Of a stretch of 64,000 bases of DNA, positions 1-13,504 are shown in pieces (position 1 is the stretch's first letter; every line of letters starts with the position of its first letter). Source of the DNA: Octopus vulgaris (Eukaryota); NCBI GenBank assembly GCA_951406725.2, contig OX597815.1, positions 165,664,001 through 165,728,000 on the forward strand, read 5' to 3'. The notes under the pieces are model-generated. The model saw only the letters and a list, made by a program, of their open reading frames with translations, made no database searches and was not told where the DNA came from. Position numbers and translations under genes: made by a program.

Positions 1-315
1 CCCCTGTGCTCAACTGCTACTTATTTTATCAACCCCGAAAGGATGAAAGGCAAAGTCGACTTCGGCGGAATTTGAACCCAGAACGCAAGCACGGACAATA
101 TGCCACGAAGCATTTTACCCAGCGTGCTAACGATTCTGCCAGCTCATTGCCTTCTTGGTCCTAATATTCCGTTCTACTAAAAGCACAATGTCTGAAGTTT
201 TGGGTGAGGGTACTAGTCGATTACATCGACCCCAGTGTTTCAATGGTATTTAATTTATCGATCCCAAATGGATGAGAGGCAATGTCGACCTCGGCTGCGT
301 TTGAACTCAGAATGT

Positions 316-700
316 TTGGAAGCACACCGTCGGTTACGACGATGAGGGTTCCGGTTGATCCGAATCAACGGAACAGCCTGCTCGTGAAATTAACGTGTAA
401 GTGGCTGAGCACTCCACAGACACGTGTACCCTTAACGTAGTTCTCGGGGATATTCAGCGTGACACAGAGAGTGACAAGGCCGGCCCTTTGAAATACAGGT
501 ACAACAGAAAGAGGAAGTAAGAGTGAGAGAAAGTTGTGGTGAAAGAGTACAGCCGGGATCACCACCATCCCCTGCCGGAGCCTTGGGGAGCTTTAGGTGT
601 TTTCGCTCAATAAACACTCAAAACGCCCGGTCTGGGAATCGAAACCGCGATCCTATGACCGCGAGTCCGCTGCCCTAACCACTGGGCCATTGCGCCTCCA
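316..700 (-). mobile_element. tRNA-derived SINE family C nested in a family A SINE
   Basis: Head gtggaggcgcaatggcccagtggttagggcagcggactcg with A/B-box-like motifs; TSD actcagaatgt at 305-315 and 700-710; host SINE resumes at 711. Confidence 0.88.
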
Positions 701-1106
701 CTCAGAATGTAAGGACGGACAAAATGGCACTAAGCATTTTGCCCGACGCGGTAATGATCCTGCCAGCTTACCGCCTTTCTTCGTTCTTTCTAATAATGAA
801 AACATTGCTTTGCGTTGTTCAAAACCTATTTGCTTTGCGCCGAGCGTTTCGCTAAATACATGGTTATTTTGACTGGTATGGAGTGAGTGTTAGAGCACGT
901 AAGACTAAAAGGACGAGAAGATATAGAAAGATGAGGATAAAAGGAGTTGGACATAAAGAATGAGAGATGGTTAGAAAAGGAAAAAACAAATACAGAAACT
1001 AGTAATGAGACAAAAGATGGGAGGGATTTAAAAAAAAAAAACAAGACGGAAAGTTAACTAGGTAAAGTAAAAGAAAAACGGAATGGAGAATGGAAAAGAG
1101 AGAGAA

Positions 1107-1260
1107 ATGATGATGACGACGATGATAATGATGATGGTGATGATGATGACGACGACGACGAAGATGACGACGACGATGATGACGATGACGACGACGACTA
1201 TGATGTTGATGACGAAGATGACGATGACAATGATGATGATGGTGGTGATGACAATGATGG

Positions 1261-1300
<40 letters not shown>
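1107..1300. repeat. (GAT/GAC)n trinucleotide tract
   Basis: Read directly; accounts for the poly-M/I/S ORFs in the track. Confidence 0.95.
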
Positions 1301-1302
<2 letters not shown>

Positions 1303-1734
1303 GAAGAAAAAGAAGAGGAGGTGAAGGAGAAGGATCAGGAGGAGAAAGAGGAAGAAGACACGAAAAAGGACAGAGAATATGTGAGAAAAGAGGGAAGTTG
1401 AACTTTGGCGGCAGAAAGGAAAGAAAGAAATAAGAATTGTTAACTGAAGAGACAAAAAAAAAAGAAGGTAAAGAAAAAGAAAAATACCAGACGTAGAGAT
1501 GGAGGAGGATGTGAGGGAGATTCAGATAATGGAAATACAAATACGAGAGGATGCAAACACATAAATAAATTTGTCTCGCCTGATTTTTAAAATTCTTTTC
1601 CAAGAATTAGTCATTAGATATGGATTACATTGTTCTCATTACTAAAAGTACACTTTTATACCCATCCATCTTACTTCTCCGCCCTCTAGCCCTGGGAGGG
1701 TCGTGGTAGTAGAGCCCCCAGTTACCTCCTCCAT

Positions 1735-2290
1735 ACATTCCTATCAGAAGCAACTGTAAGTCTTTCCAGCTGGACTTCCAAGCGCGACCAACGGAGATTA
1801 TGGATATTATCCAAAGATCTTTTTCTTGGTCAACACCACAGTCTCCTCCCAGTCTACTCGGTTTGAAGAACCTGTCTTACGATTCTTTCCTGCGACATTC
1901 TTATCACATGTCCGTAGTACCGGAGCTGTGTCCTCTCAAAGCAGAGAAATAGCTGCACAACCTGGAGAGACTCCCTGATCTCCGCGCTACGCACCCTGTT
2001 GAGTAACACTACTTTAGGGATCCTTAGTAAGAGATCCCATTTTGCCCGCTTGCATTCTCGGTCGTTGTCTTTCAGTCATTACCAAACATTCATGATCGTG
2101 GTTGAAGATAAGCACGGAAACCGAACTGAAGATACAAACTTCTTTTCTGGGAAATGAATGCTGGGGTTGGTGCATTACAATGTCAAATATCTGCAATTTC
2201 TAGCATCCAGTTCAGACTCCTGCTTCCTATCACTCGTAAATACAGCCATGCGATAGTTTTATACTTGTATTAGTAATGTTCTACTGACAT
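1735..2290 (-). pseudogene. RTE-clade LINE 3' remnant (related copy at ~12540-12900)
   Basis: Minus strand reads QLRYYGHVIRMSQERIVRQVL, with stops. Confidence 0.65.
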
Positions 2291-2329
2291 GCAGAGTGCG
2301 CTAGGAAGAAGACTTTCTTGAGATCTCTA

Positions 2330-2545
2330 ACCCCCTTTCAGTCATGAATGACCATGAGATTGCACCTAGAAAGTTCCCCTCCATGGCACAAGTCGGGGCA
2401 AGGATGTTTATGAAAAACCAACAGTCATTCATGCATGCAGCCTCCCCTTTTCACGCCACCGATGTTATCTAAGGGAAATGCAAAGGCCGTTAAAGCTTGG
2501 CACCAGTGACGTCGCAACTAATTTCTACGGCAGAGTGAACTGGAG
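2330..2545. repeat. Dispersed repeat family D (second copy at 49088-49300)
   Basis: Shared tcatgaatgaccatg.gattgcacctagaaagtt...gtgacgtcgcaact. Confidence 0.75.
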
Positions 2546-2789
2546 AGGAAAAGAATTGTTCTTGAGAGGATAAGAATTGTTCATTGGAAACACTTTCGTG
2601 AGAGCATGAAAATTGTGAATTAGCATCAGTATACATATGCCATTGAATAAAGTTACATTAAGGAACAGAACATACAACTTCCTGTAATTCAGACCGACTC
2701 ATGGTTCCAGAAGAAAATATGGAAAAGGCGTTGCCTCGGAGGATGGCGAAGGAGATGCGCTGGAACAAGCATTCTGCTGGATATACTTT

Positions 2790-3173
2790 GGAAGCACTCC
2801 GTCGGTTACGACGATGAGGGTTCCGGTTGATCCGAATAAACGGAACAGCCTGCTCGTGAAATTAACGTGTAAGTGGCTGAGCACTCCACAGACACGTGCA
2901 CCCTTAACGTAGTTCTCGGGGATATTCAGCGTGACACAGAGAGTGACAAGGCTGGCCCTTTGAAATACAGGTACAACAGAAAGAGGAAGAAAGAGTGAGA
3001 GAAAGTTGTGGTGAAAGAGTACAGCAGGGATCACACCATCCCCTGCCGGAGCCTTGTGGAGATTTTAGGTGTTTTCGCTCAATAAACACTCACAACGCCC
3101 GGTCTGGGAATCGAAACCGCGATCCTATGACCGCGAGTCCGCTGCCCTAACTACTGGGCCATTGCGCCTCCAC
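2790..3173 (-). mobile_element. tRNA-derived SINE family C, full length
   Basis: Near-identical to 316-700; 17-bp TSD tctgctggatatacttt at 2773-2789 and 3174-3190. Confidence 0.92.
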
Positions 3174-3693
3174 TCTGCTGGATATACTTTTGATAAAATA
3201 GAATTTCTCGGCTTAATACATCAAATATGTTAGTGCCTACTGTACTATTAACTTTTAAGCATCAGGCAATCCTGTGTATTTTCTCTCAGCTATTTCTTAA
3301 ATTGATGACTCCAGTTATTGTTCTTACGTATATACATCTCTAATATTTATAAATAGCTAGACTATCGTTCGTTGATGAGTTATAGCATGATCCACAATTT
3401 TCACTACACCCAATTCTCAATTAATTTTAATAAATTAAAATTTCGGTATTTGCTTTTCTATTATTTTTTTAACCAAAATTGCTAATTTAGATAATGATTC
3501 CTGTCATCGCTCAGGGTATAGTTTTTAATTAATTCAAATTGTTTTGGCTTCTCTATCTTGTATGCTAGCGCGCTCACTGCATCATACACGTTCATACATA
3601 CACACACATATGATATATGTATGTGTGTATTTATGTATATATAAGTGTATATACATGTGTGTATATATAAATGTGTATATACATATACATATA

Positions 3694-3743
<50 letters not shown>

Positions 3744-3750
3744 TGTATAC

Positions 3751-3785
<35 letters not shown>

Positions 3786-3807
3786 TGTATGTATGTATGT
3801 ATGTATG

Positions 3808-3838
<31 letters not shown>

Positions 3839-4501
3839 CTAGGAAAGGAAGATGGTTTGGGAAAAGTAAATTAAGGAACAAGAACAATAAAAGAAGCGCA
3901 GAAGCTAACAAGTGATATTGATGGAGAGAGCGATTGAAAGAAAGAAGAGAAAGACGGCAACATAAATAGATAATTTGGGAGAGAGACAAAATGAGAGACA
4001 GAGAGATGGAGAGCGGAGAAGGGAGAGAAAGATTGCCAAAGGAGATGTAAGTTAATAAAGAGGTATAAATATGGTAATAGAATATTTATGGGTGAATATG
4101 TCTGGACTGCAGTTAAAATACATTTGCTGAACATTATGTAAAAATACATAGTTTTGTAAAAAGACAACAAAACCAGGAAGGGAAAAACAAAACAAAAAAA
4201 AACACTGGTGAAATTTTTAAAAAATCCATCGAAGAAATGAAAAGCAGAAAAAAAAAAAATAGGGTGGAATTGAAGCAGAAATGCTATTGGTCAGGAATTA
4301 TTCTGCAGAAGAGAATGGAGATATATTTGGTATAATATCCGATATTTTGACTAACAATAATTATTTCATGAATAAAATTACATTTTATGAGCGAGTGTAA
4401 TTTCGGGATGATATAAGGAGAAACTAGATGAGGGGACGAGAGCGAAGTTATATTCGCATATTACTGTGGCAATGCGTGTATATGCGTATGCGTTTGTGCG
4501 T

Positions 4502-4539
<38 letters not shown>

Positions 4540-5802
4540 GGTGTAGATTGTATTTGAATGTGATTATGTGTGTGCATATTGTTAAAGATGCATAAACATA
4601 TGCATGCATACACATGCATACATTTTCCATTTTCGCATACACACACACATATACGCGCATATATAAACATGTATATGTATGCGTGCATGTGTCTGCGTGC
4701 ACGCTGTGTCTGTATGCGTGTGTGGGATTGAGAGGATGTGGATGTGTGTATGTGTCAGAGGGCAAAACACTTCGTGTATTAGTAACTAATTTGGAAGAAA
4801 ATAAGCACTCAGAGCAACGAAAACGTATAAGAAACGGAAAATAAACTCAAAACAAAATGGATATAAACAGTTGGCTGCCTTCTTCAGTAGTTGAGGTTAT
4901 GGTGATTTCGACACGTCACAATGAATGAGGTTATGTTCTTTCCTTTTATTTTTTTATTCTATTACTTATTAAAGTTACTGAACTGCGGCCATACTGGGGC
5001 ACCAGATTGAAGAGTTTAGTCTAACAAAGCGACCACACTACTTTTATACAGATGACTCTCTTCATCAGTTGTTGAAGTCATGGCGATTTCGACACCTTAT
5101 TCCGAATGGGCATATTATATGTTCTTTCTTCTCTGTTTTAGTCTTTTGTTTATCTCAGTCATACTGGGACACCACCTTGATGGGTCTGGACGAACAATTC
5201 GACCCCAGTACTTGATTTAAGTTTGGTACTTATTCTTTAACCGTATCGATAATGACTGTTTTATTACTAAGGGTATGATTTATATGAATTAATTTTTTTT
5301 TTTCACTTATTCGAGCTTTTTAGTATTTATTTGACTAAATTGAGATTAATTGGGAAAATGAGTGAATTAGTGATATGGGAGTTGATATGCGTGAAAGAAA
5401 ATATATTCAAAGAACGCTTGCATATATCTTAGAGCGGGATTTAGTCGACTGAATAGAGACGAAAGACAGTAATAGAGTAAGAGAGAGGGGAGAAATAGAA
5501 GGATAAACAAAGCGAAAGAGCGATGGTGAAAGTTAAGGTGTTAAACAAAAGGTGGAACCGTAGAAAATGTAAAAGTAAATATCGTTGGTATTGTGTTTAT
5601 GAAAGAAATTACATTAATGTGTATACGTGTAAACACGTGTATATGTATATGTATTTTTGCATGTATGTGTCTGTATGTGCGCGTGTGTGTTTGTATGTGT
5701 TGAGTGTATTTGTATAGTACGACATTCATTTATACATGATTAGTTACAGAAACTGCTATAAAGATCGCTAACAAATTGAATGTTGATTCGTTCTTATCAT
5801 CT

Positions 5803-6033
5803 GTTTCTTTATTACCCACAAGGGGCTAAACATAGAGGGGACAAACAAGGACAGACAAACGGATTAAGTCGATTACATCGACCCCAGTGCGTAACTGGTA
5901 CTTAATTTATCGACCCCGAAGGGATGAAAGGCAAAGTTGACCTCGGCGGAATTTGAATTCAGAACGTAACGGCAGACGAAATACAGCTACGCATTTCGCC
6001 CGGCGTGCTAAAGTTTCTGCCAGCTCGCCGCCT
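5803..6033 (-). mobile_element. SINE family A (tRNA head plus Meta-like central domain)
   Basis: gttcaaattccgccgaggtcgactttgcctttcatcctttcggggtcgataaattaagtaccag core; TSD gttcttatYatct; dozens of copies in the window. Confidence 0.85.
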
Positions 6034-7610
6034 TATTAGTTCTTATTATCTTATACCACGTCTTTCTAGTCTGGAAAGTAAGGGTACTGTCTGTAGAGAG
6101 AAGCAGGAAAATACATTACGATAAATGTATTTTCTTCTTCCTCAAATGCAGAAATTATAATACTTTTTCTTTAGATAATAACAAACGTGTCACATGAAAA
6201 TATGAACGAATCAACATTGAATTGGTTAACAAATAATTTTAAGTCGTTACTTTAATGACACATGTATAACTGAAGAAAATCCGGGTAGTTAATGCCCTGT
6301 ACATGTTATGGTTTTTAGTATGTAACAGCTCAATATTCAATACACCCAGCATGAGTCAGAATCAACGTTTAGATAAATCAACATTTAACTCTGATCTCAG
6401 GCTGAACCAGGTTTATATAGTGTCTATTGACATAAACTAATCTAAAACTTATTCCTTGCCATTTAGGAGAAGTAATGTAATATAGAGCAATATGATAAAA
6501 CACTAGCATTAAATTTCATGAACAAATAAATCAATAACTTATCCACTGATGTCATTTCAATTCATCTCACAACTTCAAATTAAATACCAGTTACTGGGAA
6601 CACCCGATGGTATTGCTTCAATGCTTAAGTTTTCAAGTTGTCTAATAATTTACACAAGTGGGTTCTAATCATCATGTTGCCGAACAACAAGCATTTATCC
6701 ACATACTATGAGGCTATGTTCGTTGTTATTCTGTTGTTGATATTCTCATTATTTTGCTCCAACATAGACTTTATCAAGTAGGCTTATGATCAAAAATACT
6801 CCATCTCTCTCTCTCTCTCTCTCTCCCTCTCTCTCGGTCAGAGGAGGAATTACAACCGTGTTTCGTGGTCTGCTACCACAACAGCTCCTTTATAGGATCC
6901 AGTTAGCTCAAGACATCATCAGGAGGAACCACGTCCGGTTTCGGCCCCTACTCCTCTACCGTTTTGACGTGGGGGATCCCCCCCCTTCCTTTCGGAGGTG
7001 TCTTCAGCTCTGGTGTTGGGGGCATGTCTCCGCTAAATACTATATAATCTAATTTGTCATTCCCTTTTCAAGATAAGTTATGAATTGAGGGAGATTTAGC
7101 TATTATTTCAAACTGGTTAAAAAGCCACAAAAAGCCATACTGATTAGATTATTGCAAGGATTCTCAGCCTGAGATGCCTGCACTCGCTGGGTATTCCAGA
7201 TAGTATTTCAAGAGATGTGACAAAGAGGGGATGTATATATTTTATTAACATCGCTTTCCAAGATAAAATTATTAATTTGTAAAAATAACTTTATTCTATT
7301 GAGCACACTAAAAATTTTATTATTCTAAATACTGATTGTGGTTCAATTGAAAATTTAATGAAATAATGAATAAATTAATTAAAAAAATAATATTTTCATT
7401 TTCGACTTTGTTATTCGCGAAAATTAATTAAACATTTCCTAGCCCTTTTATTGCAAATAACAGAGCCACTCAAAATTTCATCACTTTTACAGCAAGAAGC
7501 AGTTTTATTTACTAATCTATCTGATTTTTATCATTGCTAACGGTATAGATTTTAATTACTTGAAATTGTTTTGACTTCTCTGAACTTTGTTGGGGAATGC
7601 TAGGTTAGAA

Positions 7611-8347
7611 AACTGGTTCTCAACTGGAGTTCTTATGGCCCCTGAGGGTCCAAATAAGATTTTCGGAGGTCCATGCAACTAAATAGTAAATTGGCGATTC
7701 ACAGTAGTATTTCAAGGGTCCCCGAAAAAGTTTTGCTTTAGATGTATGTGTTGGTTATGTATTGCAAGAAACAGCTAGGTTTCTTTCTCTAACATTTTAC
7801 ATAGTTCAACCTACACAAGTGAAATGTGTGAGAAACAAAATATTTATAAAACTAGTTTTTAAACATCGAACGGCTATGGGGGTCCACCAGAATAAAATAG
7901 TAAAATAGGCGCAGGAGTGGCTGTGTGGTAAGTAGCTTGCTTACCAACCACATGGTTCCGGGTTCAGTCTCACTGCGTGGCACCTTGGGCAAGTGTCTTC
8001 TACTATAGTCTCGGGCCGACCAAAGCCTTGTGAGTGGATTTGGTAGGTGAAAACTGAAAGAAGCCCGTCGTATATATGTATATATATATGCGTGCGTCTG
8101 TGTTTGTCCCCCTAGCATTGCTTGGCAACCGATGCTGGTGTGTTTATGTCCCCGTTACTTAGCGGTTCGACAAAAGAGACCGATAGAATAAGTACAGGGC
8201 TTACAAAGAATAAGTCCCGGGGTCGAGTTGCTCGATTAAAGGCGGTGCTCCAGCATGGCCGCAGTCAAATGACTGAAACAAGTAAAAGAGTAAAAGAGTA
8301 AAAGAGTAAATGAATCCATAGATTTTTAAAAATGGTGGAGAACCCTT
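7611..8347. mobile_element. hAT-like MITE interrupted by a family B SINE
   Basis: ctggttctcaac ... gtggagaaccct ends. Confidence 0.5.
7906..8310 (+). mobile_element. SINE family B
   Basis: aggcgcaggagtggctgtgtggtaag head, internal TA tract, (aaagagt)n tail; further copies at 9965-11077 (split), 14775-15210 (-) and 59192-59612. Confidence 0.85.
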
Positions 8348-8984
8348 GGGTTAGAAACCATTTTTTTATTGCGATATATCAAGCTTATTATGAAAACGTG
8401 AGTGGCAAAAAATATCAATTCTATTTTTGTTAGATACGTAACATCATTACTAGAATAACTATGAAATTTTAATTTCGCAGTTAAACGGTTAAGGGTTGGA
8501 GCATAGAAAAGTTTGCTATTCACTAGATTATTGCCAATGAACTTAATAACAGCAGAGATAAATCTTTAACTGAGTTTAGATATATCATATGTTGACACAC
8601 ATCTGTCATGAATCATAATCATTTCACTGTATTTGCAGCATGCTTCATTAATGTTTCAATTTTAAAATAACGTAAAATAAATAGAAAAGAAAAACAGCAG
8701 CCGGAATCGAGTTGTAAATGTGGTTCGCACTGTGAACCGCAACCTTATGCCAGAGAGTTCAATACACGTGGAAAAAAATTGTATATAAACAAATATACGT
8801 ATACATTTTCCTTTACTCCTACGCTTTCGAAAGTCGGTGCTTAATTCCAGTGTGATTGCGTGAATTAGATACGAGGTATAATTTCCCTTGCATGCGTCAC
8901 CAGTCTATGACAGTCAGTAATACTCTGTGATCTGGTTCCTATTTAGGCTAAGTAAGCTGACGCAATCTATACATACATACATAT

Positions 8985-9052
<68 letters not shown>

Positions 9053-9136
9053 GAAACACTCATTATCGCTATGGGCTCCGTGTGGGCAGTCATCTAAAAG
9101 TTTTTGTGCGTCTTGATGCTGACATAAGTTCCTTGT

Positions 9137-9219
9137 TTTTCCTGATGAGAAGGCAGCATAATGCACCCCTTATTCCTTCGAAATTAGGAATATGCAGCCT
9201 TCGAAACATATGTCGAAAA
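9137..9219 (+). ncRNA. Type-I hammerhead ribozyme (canonical core, long stem II)
   Basis: ttttc CUGAUGA gaaggc...gccttc GAAA catatg UC gaaaa; predicted cleavage after 9214. Confidence 0.85.
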
Positions 9220-9365
9220 TAAAGGAATTTTGTTAATTCGTCGTTCAATTCCATTCTTTCATTTATATATATATATATATATATATACGTATATACATAC
9301 GTATATCCATGCGTATGCAAATACGAGTCCTGTGGGTGGGAAGTGACGCTTACGATATGCTGGAC

Positions 9366-9401
<36 letters not shown>

Positions 9402-9536
9402 TTACTGCGCATTAACCCGGAGTTTCTACCTTTGAATAGGCCGCTACATCCTTGTTACTTGCGTGAATTTTGCTACCCTGGTAACTGTTTATGGAATTTT
9501 CCGTGTTAACCGTAAGCAAAGGATAATTCATTCATC

Positions 9537-9588
<52 letters not shown>

Positions 9589-10149
9589 TGGTGCGTTCAA
9601 GAAAAAGCTGACTTTCATTCTTCCCGCTATAACTAATGCCGTGTGGGCAAAATCCTTCGGATGGGAGGTGAGACCACCCTTCCTGCACACGCATGAAAAT
9701 TTTCGCACCGGTACGCTACGTAAGTTCCCGGCTGTAACCTGTAGAGTACAGGCGTATAGCGTGCGTTCTTCTGATTTTTGTTTACACGTTAGAGACGGAA
9801 CGCATCGAGCAGAGACCATAAACCTATTTCTCATCACCAGTTATGATGCACAGTCCAGCATATCGTAAGCGTCACTTCCCACCCAAAGGACTCATATTTG
9901 CATACGCATGGATATATGTATGTATATATGTATATGTGTATATATGTATGTTTCTGTGCATATATAGGCGTAGGAGTGGCTGTGTGGTAAGTAGCTTGCT
10001 TACCAACCACATGGTTCCGGGTTCAGTACCACTGCGTGGCATCTTGGGCAAGTGTCTTCTGCTATAGCCCCGGGCCGACCAATGCCTTGTAAGTGGATTT
10101 GGTAGACGGAAACTGAAAGAAGCCTGTCGTATATATGTATATATATATA

Positions 10150-10855
10150 TAGGTTAATCCAAACGGGAAAACAGAAAAAACAACAACACGTGGAACAATT
10201 ACAGTATTATTATTATTAGGCGCTCAGGAAAATGGAAGAAGGAGGGTATGACGTTTCGAGCGGAGCTCTTCGTCGGAAACATAGGAGAAAGAAAGATCCC
10301 GAGACGGGAGGACAGAGGAAAAAAAAATTGCAGGTAGTCTTCACGAGGTCACATACTGAAAAGACGGAAGTAGTAAAAAAGGAGGAAAATGTTTTTTAAA
10401 AACAGGAGAGCTGAATCAAAGAGGGAATGGTAAAAAAGGTGTGCGAGAAAACGAGGGTGTGTGTGTGAGTGTGGGCGTGTGTGTGTATGTGTGTGTATGG
10501 TGGACAGTGGCTAGTAGCAGGCAGTAGTAGAATTAAAGGAGTGTGTGGGGGTACCCTAGCAAGTCAGAAAGGCAGATCAGAAACAGGGAGGTATGTGTGT
10601 GTGCGTGTGTATGTATGTGTGAGTGTGGGCGTGTGCGTGTGTGTATGTGTGTGTGAGGCGAGATAAAAAAACAAAAAAATATGTATATGTTAGTGCGTGC
10701 AGGGCGAACAGATGACATAGCAAGTCTCGAGTGAGTGGTCAGTGGTAAAAATGGGAGGAAGGAGGGAAGAAGGGATGGAGGGAAAGGGTGGGGGCGTATG
10801 TAACGTGCCAGTGTGTGTGTAGAGTGGTAGTGTGTCCAGTGTGCGTAGTTGTGTA
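10150..10855 (-). mobile_element. Putative PLE pLTR/3'UTR fragment inserted in the TA tract of a SINE
   Basis: Splits a family B SINE; carries a minus-strand CCGACGA agagc tcc gctc GAAA cgUC hammerhead-like motif at ~10246-10283. Confidence 0.5.
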
Positions 10856-13463
10856 TATATATATGTGTGTGTGTGTGTTTGTGTGTCTGTGTTTGTCCCC
10901 CTAGCATTGCTTGACAACCGATGCTGGTGTGTTTACGTCCCCGTCACTTAGAGGTTCGGCAAAAGAGACCGATAGAATAAGTACTGGGCTTACAAAGAAT
11001 AAGTCTCGACTAAAGGCGGTGCTCCAGCATGGCCGCAGTCAAATGACTGAAACAAGTAAAAGAGTAAAGAGTAAGAGAATATGTGTGTGTATATACGAAG
11101 CTGTGATTTATTCTGTTGCTACTAACAATTTCTCACTTGATGCAATCCTTCAGGCAAAGAAAAAAGTAACAACAGATTTGTGTAAATGTTTATACTCTAC
11201 AGAATGCACGAGTCCTCTTTCTCGCGTTTATTAAATCGACTACATACATACATATACAAAAACACACAATCACACAATCACACACACACACACACACACA
11301 TGGTATGGACGAGAGAGATGTGCGCGCGCTTTTGTGCGAATGCGTATTAGGCTGGGCGTTGCTTTAAAGCTGGTCTGAAAGCATGTTTGTAGGCATTAGG
11401 CTAGGAGTAGTTATCTAGTTGTGTCAGGAGATTAGCGGGAAGATGTTAGTATGATGTCATTTGTTATAAGTAACGGAGGAAAGTCTGCGTAAGTATATGC
11501 TGAAGAAAGTTAGAGAGAAGAGATTTAAAGTATTGTTCTTATACACTATATAGGCTTGGCAACCTGACATTTAGCTTGCCAGCCATCGGTTTTTGTGTTG
11601 TTTCTTAAAATCGAGTTGAATACTTTGTATCACTTGTTAAGGTCATTTCTACAGATTTTCAATAGAAATTATAGCCAACACTGGTTTTGCTACGATGTTT
11701 CGTATCCGAGACGCTTGCTGTAAACGACTGCAATAAGACCGAAGGTGAAAATGGATAAGATTTTGCCTTTTTCACCAAGACCCATCCAATCCATTAATCA
11801 TCCACGAACAGACGAACAGAATATTTAAATGGCCACTACATATAGCAGTGTAACCACTAGCGAAGCTACAGTGTGTGCCGCCCGGAACGGGTCTTCCGTT
11901 TGCCTCCCCACCCCGGACCCTACGAAAATCACATATTGCCTACTGTAGACCTAAAAGTGGTGCTCTTTAAAAGTGTCACCCAGAACAGACCACCCCCACA
12001 GCACCCTTAGCTACACCAGTGGGTGTAACGTTATTGGATATACAAATTTTACATATTAAACACATTTCTGGAAGCTGGTACATAAATACACCTATCAACT
12101 TTATGAATACGTTGACCGGTATCAGAAAATGGAATCTAAAGTTTTATTTATGTGATTAGTTATTCGATTGGTACGTTTGGGAGATTTGAATTCGCTGTAT
12201 GACTTGGTGAGGGGAATAAGTAGTTTTGTGGACAGGAGAATGTATGAGGCATCATTCGTCTGTCATTATGTTCTGAGTTCAAATTCCGCCGTGATCGACT
12301 TTGCTTTCATCCTTTTGGGGTCGATAAATTAAGTAACAATTGCGTACTGGAGTCGATATAATCGACTGGCTCCCTCCCCTAAAATGTCGGGCCTTGTGCC
12401 TAGAGTAGAAAAGAATAATTAACATTTCTAAAAGTTTTGAAGATGTGCATAAAAATAAATTCAGTGTTTATGATATCCATCTATCTAATCATCTCCATTC
12501 AATATTCCTGAAAATGTTGTCTGAGAATGCTCACACACCTCCTCCATAAGATCCTATCAGAAGCAACTATTATTAGACTTTCCAGCCGGATTCATAAGCG
12601 TATCCAACTGAGATTATGGGTATTATCTAGCCATCTCGTTCTTGATCCATTCTAGATCTCCTGCCAGTTGACTCGCGTTGAAGAATCCGCCTTGCGATTC
12701 TTTCCTATGACTTTCTAACCATATATCTAGAATACCGGAGCTGTGATTTCTTAATGCGGAGATGTAGCGACTCGACCGGGAGAGACTTTGATCTCCTAGC
12801 TACGCATCCTGTCAAGTAACATTACTCTACAGATCCTTCAGATGAACTTCATTTCAGTTGCTTCTATTGTCGATCGTTCTCTTTCTGTCATTACCCAACA
12901 TTTGCTAGAATTTTGCTTAGTTTCCGGATCTCAGGAAATTAACCAGTGTCGGTATGAGTAGCTCATGATCTTGGTTAGTGTAGTGGTTAATTAGTGATCT
13001 CATCTATTACTACGTGTTTTATGAGTATGTTTGCGATTTTGTCTGATACTAAGGCTTTTGAGTTGTTAGATTTTCGTATTGCTTATTGAATTTCCGATGA
13101 AAGGAAGGCATAAACATAAAGTCAAAATCAAACGTGCATAATTTTCATTTTGTCTTGTCTTTTTTGTGGCTTTAGGCGGCTGATATTCGAGAAATATCTG
13201 AAGTGTTTGTTTGGTATTGGAATGTCTTTTAAAGTAGTTATGGCAATACGTTGACCGCTGTTGTTGTTGCTGCCCATGGTACTAATTATTCTATACTGTA
13301 AAGACATCATCAGTATAATATACTTAACGTAATTGTGGCATCGAAAATCCAGAAACTGGGGTTTCTGTCCGAAGAAAATCCTTCACAGACATATTGTGTT
13401 AAAAATCACCATATATTTCAGCGATGGATGGAACGAAATCGCCCATGAAGTGACCGCGAGAGC

Positions 13464-13504
13464 GACAGATACGCATTTCGCCGTAATTGCAGCTTATCAA
13501 TGTC
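13464..13504 (-). ncRNA. Degenerate hammerhead-like motif, U3-A8 core
   Basis: Minus strand: gaca UUGAUAA gctg caatta cggc GAAA tgcg UA tctgtc. Confidence 0.5.

Noticed and set aside
3100-3173. tRNA gene
   Set aside because: tRNA-derived SINE head that continues into the SINE body and is bounded by a TSD
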